From Omnitrophica WOR_2 bacterium RIFOXYA2_FULL_38_17 (GTDB lineage Bacteria > Omnitrophota > Gorgyraeia > Zapsychrales > Zapsychraceae), in assembly GCA_001805965.1 (NCBI GenBank), contig MHHG01000073.1:18080-82079 (forward strand): a stretch of 64,000 nt of DNA, in the 5' to 3' direction. A program made the position numbers and the translations under genes. The first letter of the stretch is position 1. Each line of letters starts with the position of its first letter. The notes under the pieces were generated by a model, which worked only from the letters and a program-made list of their open reading frames with translations, was not told the DNA's origin and made no database searches. Below, in pieces: positions 30,574 through 38,959 of this stretch.

Positions 30574-30744
30574 TTACTGCTGACTTTCAAGCCAAGCGTC
30601 AATTTTTTCTTTCTTAAATCTCCACTGTCCTACAGTCTTAACCGCAGGTATCTTTCTGGTTTTTAACCATTCATAGATAGTTCTTTTCTTAACACGAAGA
30701 TAATCAGCGACTTCCTCTATTGTCATCAACGATTCATAAATCAT
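30574..30744 (-). CDS. Excisionase-family (MerR-superfamily) helix-turn-helix DNA-binding protein, 56 aa
   Basis: Hand-translated: MIYESLMTIEEVADYLRVKKRTIYEWLKTRKIPAVKTVGQWRFKKEKIDAWLESQQ. The TIEEVADYLRV..RTIYEW...IPAVK.G..WRF pattern matches the excisionase/HTH_17 DNA-binding domain. Below the ORF-track length cutoff. Confidence 0.6.
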   Translation of the reverse strand: MIYESLMTIEEVADYLRVKKRTIYEWLKTRKIPAVKTVGQWRFKKEKIDAWLESQQ

Positions 30745-31386
30745 GCTTTAGAATAACTCCCTCATAAATTAGTCTCGCTGTATATCTTTAATAGCTCGCA
30801 ACTAAATTATGTCCGTGTTAAGGCTTTCTTATAAATGGTTTTGAAATTTATATATTGATTTGAAAAATTTTATTTAATACTCATTAGCAATCTATTACAT
30901 TAAATTACACTTGTCAATATTTTTATATTTTTTTTTACATATTAAGTCATTGTTATACTATATACTCATAATATATGCCTTACATTCTATAAAATTCATT
31001 ATAATAGCATATTTATTTTTTTAATTACATTTTTTAACATTTCATAGTGTTTATATACATTTAGCTCATTTTTTAACAATTTTATACATATTCAATTTTA
31101 TTCAATAAATTTCTCCATGAAAAACAACATAATAACCATAAACTTTAAAATATCACTCATTATTCCATAATGTCTATAAAGAACCTTTGCGTAGAAATTA
31201 GTATTAGTAAAATAAAAAATGGTTTCCATAATTTAAACAATTATGGTAATATGTGACCACTTATCAGAAGTCATATTCATGCTTTTTAAAAATCAAAGAT
31301 TATTGTTGAAATTTAATTGGTTTTACTATATATAAATAAGTACTATTTTTTATTAAATATATATTAAGACGCTTACAGGAGGCAAA
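30745..31386. promoter_or_regulatory. Unusually long (~640 bp) extremely AT-rich divergent intergenic region between the HTH gene and bcd
   Basis: GC roughly 20%. Many reiterated TTTTTAACA(T/A)TT, TTATACAT and ATAATA motifs. Ends with the strong RBS AGGAGG 8 nt before the bcd ATG. Confidence 0.4.
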
Positions 31387-32547
31387 ATGATCAATTATTT
31401 ACTCACAGAAGAACAAGAAATGATACGAGATCTATGCAGGCAAATAACTGATGAAAAAATCAGGCCTGTTGCTGCAGAGCTTGACAAAACCGAAGAATTC
31501 CCTTGGGAAATCATGAAAGTCATGGCAAAGTCTGATCTTTTCGGCCTATATATAGATGAAAAATATGGCGGAATGGGCGGCGGTATACTTGAGCTATCTA
31601 TAGCTACAGAAGAATTCTCTAAAGGCTGTGGCGGAATCGCAATTTGTTACGCAGCCTCAGCATTAGGCACCCTTCCAATTCTTATCTTAGGATCAGAAGA
31701 GCAAAAACAGAAGTATATCCCAGATTTAGCTGCCGGTAAACATCTTGCTGCATTTGGCATCACTGAACCAGCTGCCGGTTCTGATGCAAGTGCAATGCAA
31801 ACAACCGCAGTTAAAAAAGGCGACAAATATATCCTTAACGGAACAAAACATTTTATCACTAATGGCGGGGAAGCAGAGATTTATACAGTTGTTGCCATGA
31901 CAGATAAATCCAAAGGTTCTAGGGGCGCGAGTATTTTTATAGTAGAGAAAGGAACGCCTGGTTTTACATTCGGAAAAAAAGAGGACAAATTAGGTATCAG
32001 GGCATCTGCAACTAACGAGCTTAATTTCGTTGATTGCGAGATCCCTGCAGAGAACCTTCTTGGAAAAGAGGGCCAAGGCTTTATCGGAGCAATGAGAGTC
32101 TTTGATAAATCGCGCCCAGGAATCGGCGCGCAAGCAGTGGGCATCGCACAAGGCGCATTAGATCATGCAATTAGATATGCCAGAGAAAGAAAACAATTTG
32201 GAAAATCCATTTCAAGCTTTCAGGGAATTCAATTTATGTTAGCTGATATGGCAACACAGGTCGAAGCAGCACGCGCGCTTGTTTATGCATCAGCAAGAGA
32301 AGTAGACAGCGGCGTTACAAAAAATTATGGAATGCATTCTGCAATGTCAAAACTCTACGCATCTGATGTCGCGATGAAAGTCACGACTGATGCAGTGCAG
32401 ATATTCGGCGGATACGGCTACATGAAAGAATATCCGGTAGAAAAATATATGCGCGATGCAAAGATCACCCAAATATACGAAGGAACCAACCAGATACAGC
32501 GAAGCATCATCGCTCTTGGTTTAATAAAGGAAGCCGCAGGAAGCTAA
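31387..32547 (+). CDS. Acyl-CoA dehydrogenase, short-chain (butyryl-CoA dehydrogenase-like)
   Basis: ACAD motifs GxTEPxAGSD (AFGITEPAAGSDA), QIFGGYGY, YEGTNQIQR. 386 aa. Confidence 0.9.
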   Translation: MINYLLTEEQEMIRDLCRQITDEKIRPVAAELDKTEEFPWEIMKVMAKSDLFGLYIDEKYGGMGGGILELSIATEEFSKGCGGIAICYAASALGTLPILILGSEEQKQKYIPDLAAGKHLAAFGITEPAAGSDASAMQTTAVKKGDKYILNGTKHFITNGGEAEIYTVVAMTDKSKGSRGASIFIVEKGTPGFTFGKKEDKLGIRASATNELNFVDCEIPAENLLGKEGQGFIGAMRVFDKSRPGIGAQAVGIAQGALDHAIRYARERKQFGKSISSFQGIQFMLADMATQVEAARALVYASAREVDSGVTKNYGMHSAMSKLYASDVAMKVTTDAVQIFGGYGYMKEYPVEKYMRDAKITQIYEGTNQIQRSIIALGLIKEAAGS

Positions 32548-33329
32548 TGAACATAATAGTATGCATAAAACAAGTACCTGACACAACCCAGGTAAAAATA
32601 GACCCAAAAACAAACACCTTGATTAGAGAAGGTGTCGAGTCCATCATAAACCCTTTTGACATGTACGCCATTGAAGAAGGCGTAAGGCTAAAAGAAAAGT
32701 TCGGCGGAAAAGTTATTGCGATAACAATGGGGCCGCCTCAAGCAGAAGCAGCATTACGTGAAGCAATTTCTCTGGGATGCGATGATGGCATTTTGGTAAG
32801 TGACAGGGCTTTTGCAGGATCAGATACTCTTGCAACAAGCTACACCCTAGCAATGGCAGTTAAAAAAATTGAAACTTTTGATATTATTATTTGCGGAAAA
32901 CAAGCATCAGATGGAGACACTGCTCAGGTCGGGCCTGGTATCGCAGCACATCTCAACATCCCACAAGTCACATACGTCAAACATATCAAAGAAGCAGACG
33001 AAGAAGCGATCACAGTTGAAAGAATGACCGAAGAGGGTTCAGAGATTTTAAGATCACCTTTACCTTGCTTAATAACAGTTGTCAAGGAAATCAACGAGCC
33101 GAGGATCCCTTCATTAAAAGGGAAGATGAAAGCCAAAAAAGCTGAGCTTACATGCTGGAAAGCTATTGACATTGATTGTGATGATGAACGCCTGGGCTTA
33201 AATGGTTCACCAACTCAGGTCGTTAGGATATTTACACCGCCGCCAAGGGCGCAAGGCGAAATACTTGAAGGTGACCCCCAGGAAACGACAAGCAAACTAG
33301 TTGAAATGTTAAAGGATAGCATACAATAA
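32547..33329 (+). CDS. etfB: Electron transfer flavoprotein beta subunit
   Basis: MNIIVCIKQVPDT start and EtfB fold motifs. 260 aa. Translationally coupled to bcd. Confidence 0.9.
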   Translation: MNIIVCIKQVPDTTQVKIDPKTNTLIREGVESIINPFDMYAIEEGVRLKEKFGGKVIAITMGPPQAEAALREAISLGCDDGILVSDRAFAGSDTLATSYTLAMAVKKIETFDIIICGKQASDGDTAQVGPGIAAHLNIPQVTYVKHIKEADEEAITVERMTEEGSEILRSPLPCLITVVKEINEPRIPSLKGKMKAKKAELTCWKAIDIDCDDERLGLNGSPTQVVRIFTPPPRAQGEILEGDPQETTSKLVEMLKDSIQ

Positions 33330-33330
33330 A

Positions 33331-34527
33331 ATGAGTATAAAAGTAATCAAAGATAAATGTACTGGATGTATGATCTGCACAAGGGTTTGCCCTTTTGCTG
33401 CCATAAAAGTAATTGAAAAATTAGCGGTTATTGACCTAGATAAATGTACTATTTGCGGAGCCTGCAAGGAAGTCTGCAACTTTGCCGCAATAGATATACA
33501 AAAAAATCCCAAAAAAACCCAGGATATTGAAAAGTATAAAGGCGTCTGGATCTTTGCCGAGCAGAAGCGAGGAAACATACAATCTATCTCTTATGAACTT
33601 CTTGGCAAGGCAACAGAGCTTGCACAAAAATTAGGGGTCGAAGTTTCTTGCATGCTATTAGGGCACAATATAACTGACAAAGCCCAGGAACTGATATCCA
33701 GAGGCGCTGATAATGTTTATGTAGTTGATTCCCCCGAACTCGAACACTTCCTTGATGAACCATACTCAAAGATACTTATAAATTTAATAAGAAAATATCG
33801 TCCCGAGATAGTTCTTTGCGGTGCATCAGCAATTGGCAGAGCACTGGTTTCGCGAGTCGCAGTAAACATTCACGCTGGCCTTACTGCAGATTGTACTGAA
33901 CTGGATATTGATGAAACTGAAAAGATCCTGCTTCAAACAAGGCCGGCATTTGGCGGGAATATTATGGCAACGATCATTTCAAAGAATCACCGCCCTCAAA
34001 TGGCCACTGTAAGGCATAAAGTCTTCAAGGAAGCTGAAGTAGACCCATCAAGAACCGGGAAAGTAATTATTGAAAATTTTGATAAATCTTTCTTCAAGTC
34101 AAGGACCAAGATGCTTGACGTGATAGAAGAAGTCACGTCAATGATCAACATTGCAGAAGCTGATATAATCGTTTCAGGCGGACGCGCAATGAAAGGCCCA
34201 GAAAATTTCGCGATACTTGAAGAACTTGCCAAAGTTTTAGGCGGTGCCGTTGGAGCATCTAGGGCTGCAGTTGATAGCGATTGGATGCCCTACTCTCACC
34301 AAGTCGGACAGACCGGAAAAACAGTCTGCCCTAAAATGTATATCGCTTGCGGGATTTCAGGACAGATCCAGCATTTAGTCGGAATGTCCTCATCAGATAT
34401 AATTATTGCGATCAACAGGGATGCTTCCGCACCGATTTTCCAGGTAGCTGATTACGGAATTGTTGGCGACCTGTTTGAGATCGTCCCGCTTTTAACAAAA
34501 AAATTCAAAGAAGCATTAAATAAATAA
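33331..34527 (+). CDS. etfA: Electron transfer flavoprotein alpha subunit with N-terminal 2x[4Fe-4S] ferredoxin domain
   Basis: The N-terminus has two CxxCxxCxxxCP motifs (CTGCMICTRVCP and CTICGACKEVCN). EtfA FAD-binding C-terminal region follows (IACGISGQIQHLVGM). Confidence 0.9.
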   Translation: MSIKVIKDKCTGCMICTRVCPFAAIKVIEKLAVIDLDKCTICGACKEVCNFAAIDIQKNPKKTQDIEKYKGVWIFAEQKRGNIQSISYELLGKATELAQKLGVEVSCMLLGHNITDKAQELISRGADNVYVVDSPELEHFLDEPYSKILINLIRKYRPEIVLCGASAIGRALVSRVAVNIHAGLTADCTELDIDETEKILLQTRPAFGGNIMATIISKNHRPQMATVRHKVFKEAEVDPSRTGKVIIENFDKSFFKSRTKMLDVIEEVTSMINIAEADIIVSGGRAMKGPENFAILEELAKVLGGAVGASRAAVDSDWMPYSHQVGQTGKTVCPKMYIACGISGQIQHLVGMSSSDIIIAINRDASAPIFQVADYGIVGDLFEIVPLLTKKFKEALNK

Positions 34528-34582
34528 AAAAAGGCAGACCCTTTTAGCCCAAAATAAGTCTGTCCCTAATTTATTTCACCTA

Positions 34583-37531
34583 TCAGGCACTGTTTCGAAT
34601 CAACTCTTTACGATTATTCCCAAGCAACATCAGAATGTTCGACACAGGAGTAACATTTATTATAACAGGTACGAAGCCTTCAATATTCAGGTCATAAATT
34701 GGCTGTTCATCCAGCGGAAGAGGGATACCCGCGCTATTTCTTTTTATCTGAAGGTCAAGCATGTCAGAATTAAAATCAATACCACCGACATTCTCCGATC
34801 CTTTTTCATTTGTAACGCCACCTTCATTAACTGTTGATGTTTCATTGTTCAATAATACTGCCTTTTCGATCCCTTCAAGGTCACCGGCAGCAATCTGATC
34901 AAAATACGCATCGATCTTAGCCAAATGCTTATCAATGTTCCCTTGCGCGTCCTGTTTCAGCTTAATAAGTGTTGCCAACAAATATCCGGCTTCCTCACGT
35001 TCAAAATCATCTTCGCTCATTCCCTCATAAACAGCTCTTACGACCTCAATATCGGAAGAGAGATCTCTTAATTCACCCGAAAAACCTTTTTCTTCAACCA
35101 AGTCAATCCTTTGGGAAAGATCTAAAACTCTGCGCTGGATATCATCTGTTCTCCCGATCTCATAAGAAGATTGAAGCCTAACAACATTTTCGATATTTTT
35201 CATGACATCTTGCCCTTCTGCCCCTAAACCTTCTGCCATCTTCCTAGCAGTTTCTATCGCATAATTCGCTTCCCCTTTGACAAAGTCACTTGACCTTTCA
35301 AAAATACGTCGCAATGTAAAAGGCTCAGCAGGATCACTAAAATTTGTTACCACGAGTCCATACTTTTTGAAGATCTCCCCATCTGAATACTCCACATTCT
35401 CCCCTTCAGCCTTAAAATCAACCATGCGTCTTGCTGGAGTAATGCGGTCCAAAGCATATCCAAAAGATATCAGCTCACTTGCCTCAATCTTTGAAATATT
35501 AAGCAAATTAACCACATAATCACGCACCTTGATCCTTAAAGAGTCTGGATTGGTTATTTTTCCTTCACTATTAATATCTGTAATAAGAAGCACCGGCAAT
35601 AGATTGTTAGGTATGTTTATCCCTATATTTGGCAATACAATCGTAGCCACAAAATCAATTGGATTTCCGGGATGATGAGCAGCAATGATCAAAGCAAGAC
35701 CCAAAGCCTCATCAGGCTCAAAGCCCGCCTCCTCCAGACGTTCTATTGTAGCTATCATGCTCAAAGTACCATGCATAATAACTTTTTCCACCAGAGGATT
35801 ACCCTTATTTGCCAGCATAAAAGCATAGATAGCCTCAGCCCTTTCTACTGCGTCTTCATGGGAAAGCCCTAAAATCCGTTCCCCTATCTTAATCCACAAG
35901 TCAATAAACTTGATTTTAAATGCAGGGTCTGAAACATCCATTGCATAGGCAAGGTCATGGGTTTCGGCAAATAGTTCGCCAAAGGACGCCATTTCATCAG
36001 ATATCAAACCACGCTCATGAAGGGATTCAATAAGAGCCCTGTGGGAATTAATATGGGCAGCCACTGGCGGCGAATAATTCTCAGGCCTTCTGTTGGATGC
36101 AATTGCAGCCGCATTTAATAATTTATCTTTATATGCTACGAGAACCGGCCTGCCCTTACCCTGCAGGTCCTCAAGCCTTACTTCCGGATTATCAATTAAA
36201 CCAAGCATTGACCGGTCCGGCCCTTTCAAAGAAACAGGATTTTCGGCTAAATATTTTTCATTATTAGGATTCGCTTCCAACATATTTACATCAACTTCAA
36301 ATTTCTTGGAAAGCATTGAACTATCGCCAAGATTCTTCTCAACATATGCTTTTTGTTCAGATCCGAGGTTCTCAACTGGGCCCTTAACCGTCTCAATAAT
36401 TTCCGGAAGAGTTTCACCGAACTGATTCTGAGAAATAAAACCTCCGGAAAAATATTTCCTTGGGATGATCTCCTGGCTTATCGGATCATAATCTTCCTTT
36501 ATATAATTAAAAACCCCCTGCTTAAAAGCCTCAATATATTGGCGATAGATCTTTTTGCTCACATCTTTATCCTCGAGATCTATACCTTTCACCTTATTCT
36601 TATCAACATAGACCTGGCCCATCAAAGATTGTTTTAAGTTGCTCTTATACCAAGCGGCAAGTATCATGGAATTATACATCTGCCTTAACTTAATAAATGT
36701 TCTGCCATGATTTATCTCGCGCTCGATCTCAGGGATAAGGATCTCTTTAATGACCTCTTTGATCTCATCCAACTGCTGTGGATTCTCAGCCCTCTCTTCT
36801 TCAGCGCCTAAAATATCTGACATTTCAGAATCTTCAAATGTGCTCCTAAAAGCCATATAGTCTGATTCAAGCATAACCTTAAGATTGCTTTCAAGAACAA
36901 AAACCATTCCTTGGTCCTCATATAACACGGCTTTATCCGGAACGATCCAAACCTTATTAAATGTATCCATGGGTATATCCGTGATCCCGTATCTCTCATA
37001 AGCTATCTTATAAACTCTTGCCCAGAATTCTTCTCCCAATTCATCCTCCGGATACATAAGGGATGCTGTTAACTGCTTCAACAAATAATCCTGAGCCAGA
37101 AGGTCCCTTCCCATTTCCGTATGCCCAAAATTCTCTGGAATGATCCTGTTATTTTCATAAGGGGATAAATTGACCCACATATCTTCTTCAGGAGTAGTCA
37201 ATGATGCCAAGAAATACTTTATAAGCTTTTCAGATTCATATTTAAGCTCTTCATCCTCAATTTGAGAATCTCCGGTATCAATTATGAATTTAAAGCGTAA
37301 TGGATTTTCAGGAAATGTTTGTATGCCTTTAATTACAGCAGGGTAAAAAGCTGGGGTTACTGTTACTATTGTTCCTACTTGCGGCAGCGAGAAAATACTT
37401 TGAGCATAAACATTTGCCGGCAATATAAAATTAGAGGTCACAAATGCTAAAACTATTATAAAAACCGATAATTTGTATACAAAATTGTCAGATTTTTTTC
37501 TTAAGTAAATTGCCATCTCATACCTCAACAT
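34583..37531 (-). CDS. Large exported multidomain protein (982 aa); paralog of 51738..55277 over the N-terminal ~330-aa domain and the C-terminal ~70-aa module
   Basis: Sec-type signal peptide with VYA/Q cleavage site. The N-terminal domain is highly similar to that of the 1179-aa protein. The central region has His/Asp motifs (AAHINSHRA...ETHDLAY...IMHG...AAHHPG) suggesting an HD-like hydrolase. The C-terminal conserved module is NVGGIDFN...IKR...IP.P...GFVPVIINVTPV followed by a short charged tail. Confidence 0.7.
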   Translation of the reverse strand: MLRYEMAIYLRKKSDNFVYKLSVFIIVLAFVTSNFILPANVYAQSIFSLPQVGTIVTVTPAFYPAVIKGIQTFPENPLRFKFIIDTGDSQIEDEELKYESEKLIKYFLASLTTPEEDMWVNLSPYENNRIIPENFGHTEMGRDLLAQDYLLKQLTASLMYPEDELGEEFWARVYKIAYERYGITDIPMDTFNKVWIVPDKAVLYEDQGMVFVLESNLKVMLESDYMAFRSTFEDSEMSDILGAEEERAENPQQLDEIKEVIKEILIPEIEREINHGRTFIKLRQMYNSMILAAWYKSNLKQSLMGQVYVDKNKVKGIDLEDKDVSKKIYRQYIEAFKQGVFNYIKEDYDPISQEIIPRKYFSGGFISQNQFGETLPEIIETVKGPVENLGSEQKAYVEKNLGDSSMLSKKFEVDVNMLEANPNNEKYLAENPVSLKGPDRSMLGLIDNPEVRLEDLQGKGRPVLVAYKDKLLNAAAIASNRRPENYSPPVAAHINSHRALIESLHERGLISDEMASFGELFAETHDLAYAMDVSDPAFKIKFIDLWIKIGERILGLSHEDAVERAEAIYAFMLANKGNPLVEKVIMHGTLSMIATIERLEEAGFEPDEALGLALIIAAHHPGNPIDFVATIVLPNIGINIPNNLLPVLLITDINSEGKITNPDSLRIKVRDYVVNLLNISKIEASELISFGYALDRITPARRMVDFKAEGENVEYSDGEIFKKYGLVVTNFSDPAEPFTLRRIFERSSDFVKGEANYAIETARKMAEGLGAEGQDVMKNIENVVRLQSSYEIGRTDDIQRRVLDLSQRIDLVEEKGFSGELRDLSSDIEVVRAVYEGMSEDDFEREEAGYLLATLIKLKQDAQGNIDKHLAKIDAYFDQIAAGDLEGIEKAVLLNNETSTVNEGGVTNEKGSENVGGIDFNSDMLDLQIKRNSAGIPLPLDEQPIYDLNIEGFVPVIINVTPVSNILMLLGNNRKELIRNSA

Positions 37532-37628
37532 TTTTAAACAGTATCATCTTAATAATACTATTTATTGCAATTAAAGTATAAAATGCAATAGCTACACAAA
37601 CAAGGGTATGAAAAAAATACTATGTTTA

Positions 37629-37667
37629 TAAAAAAAAGCCATGAATAAGTCTTCATGGCTTTTTTAT
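37629..37667 (-). terminator. Rho-independent (bidirectional-type) terminator downstream of glgC
   Basis: AAAAAAAAGCCATGA-ataagtct-TCATGGCTTTTTT. 8-bp perfect stem flanked by an A-run and a T-run. Confidence 0.65.
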
Positions 37668-37685
37668 AATTAAAAAACAGCTCTG

Positions 37686-38903
37686 CTATTTAATAGAAAC
37701 GTCTGTTTTCTTTGGAACAATAACAATACCGGATGTCGTAAGAACAAAACGTTTTTTATCAAGCTCCAGATCGTACCCTATCTCAGTATTCGCAGGAATT
37801 ATAACCTCTTTGTCAATAATAGCATTCCTGACCTTGGCATTCTCGCCTATCTGAACGCCTTCCATTATTATTGAATTCTTGACGTGGGCACCTTCTTTGA
37901 TTGTTACATTTGGAGAAAGGATTGAATTATCAACCTCCCCGCCTTCAATTATACATCCTCCTGATATCATTGAATTATATATAGCCCCTGAACCAGAAGG
38001 TTTTGTGATCATTCTGATCGGAGGATACTGCTCGTGGTAAGTCCTAACCCTCCAATCTTCATCGTAAAGGTCAAAATCAGAATTTGGCTTCAAAAGGTCC
38101 ATATTTGCCTGATAATATGCATCTCTTGTCCCAATATCCCTCCAATACACAGGCTTGCCTCCGGCATTTTGCGCAAAATCATAAACATACACTTTCTTTT
38201 TGCTTTTCAACATCTGTGGAATAATATTCTTTCCAAAATCATGGCTTGAAGTAACATTTTTAGAATCAATTTCCAGTTCTTTTAACAGAACATCCTTTTT
38301 AAAAAGATATATCCCCATTGAAGCAAATATCTCGGATTTCTTTGAAGGTATTACTTTTGGGTGCACAGGCTTTTCCTGAAATCCAAGGACCCGGTTCTCA
38401 GCATTAACTTCAACAACACCAAAATCCTTAGACATTTTTTTGGGCATATTAACACAGGCAACAGTAACATCAGCATCCTTTTCTTCATGGAACTTAACCA
38501 TATCCCTATAGTTCATCTTATAAATATGGTCACCGGCAAGGATCAAAACCCTGTCCGGAGCACAATCATTGATCGCATATATATTCTGATAAATAGCGTC
38601 AGCCGTTCCTTTATACCAATCAGAGCTTATCCTTTGCTGTGCAGGGATAACATCAATAAACTCGCCTAATTGGCTTGAGAATACATTCCATCCCGCCAAC
38701 AAATGTTTTTGCAGGGAAAAAGATTTATACTGGGTAAGAACATAGATCCTCCTTAACCCGGAGTTAACACAATTACTCAAAGTATAATCAATGATCCTAT
38801 ATATCCCGGCAAATGGGACAGCAGGCTTTGCCCGGTCCCTGGTTAAGGGATCAAGCCTTTCACCACGCCCACCGGCTAAAATAAAAGTTAAGGTTTTACG
38901 CAT
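37686..38903 (-). CDS. glgC: Glucose-1-phosphate adenylyltransferase
   Basis: FILAGGRGERLDPLTRDRAKPAVPFAGIYRIIDYTLSNCVNSG N-terminal signature and C-terminal left-handed beta-helix. 405 aa. Confidence 0.9.
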   Translation of the reverse strand: MRKTLTFILAGGRGERLDPLTRDRAKPAVPFAGIYRIIDYTLSNCVNSGLRRIYVLTQYKSFSLQKHLLAGWNVFSSQLGEFIDVIPAQQRISSDWYKGTADAIYQNIYAINDCAPDRVLILAGDHIYKMNYRDMVKFHEEKDADVTVACVNMPKKMSKDFGVVEVNAENRVLGFQEKPVHPKVIPSKKSEIFASMGIYLFKKDVLLKELEIDSKNVTSSHDFGKNIIPQMLKSKKKVYVYDFAQNAGGKPVYWRDIGTRDAYYQANMDLLKPNSDFDLYDEDWRVRTYHEQYPPIRMITKPSGSGAIYNSMISGGCIIEGGEVDNSILSPNVTIKEGAHVKNSIIMEGVQIGENAKVRNAIIDKEVIIPANTEIGYDLELDKKRFVLTTSGIVIVPKKTDVSIK

Positions 38904-38959
38904 TTATTACTCCTGTTTTATATTATAAGTATACCTTAAATCGTATACTGTCAAAATTC

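Noticed and set aside
34528-34582. Possible bidirectional terminator between convergent etfA and the 982-aa gene (GGCAGAC...GTCTGTCC)
   Set aside because: The stem is imperfect, with a bulge and a 20-nt loop, and the flanking T-runs are weak. Too uncertain to call.
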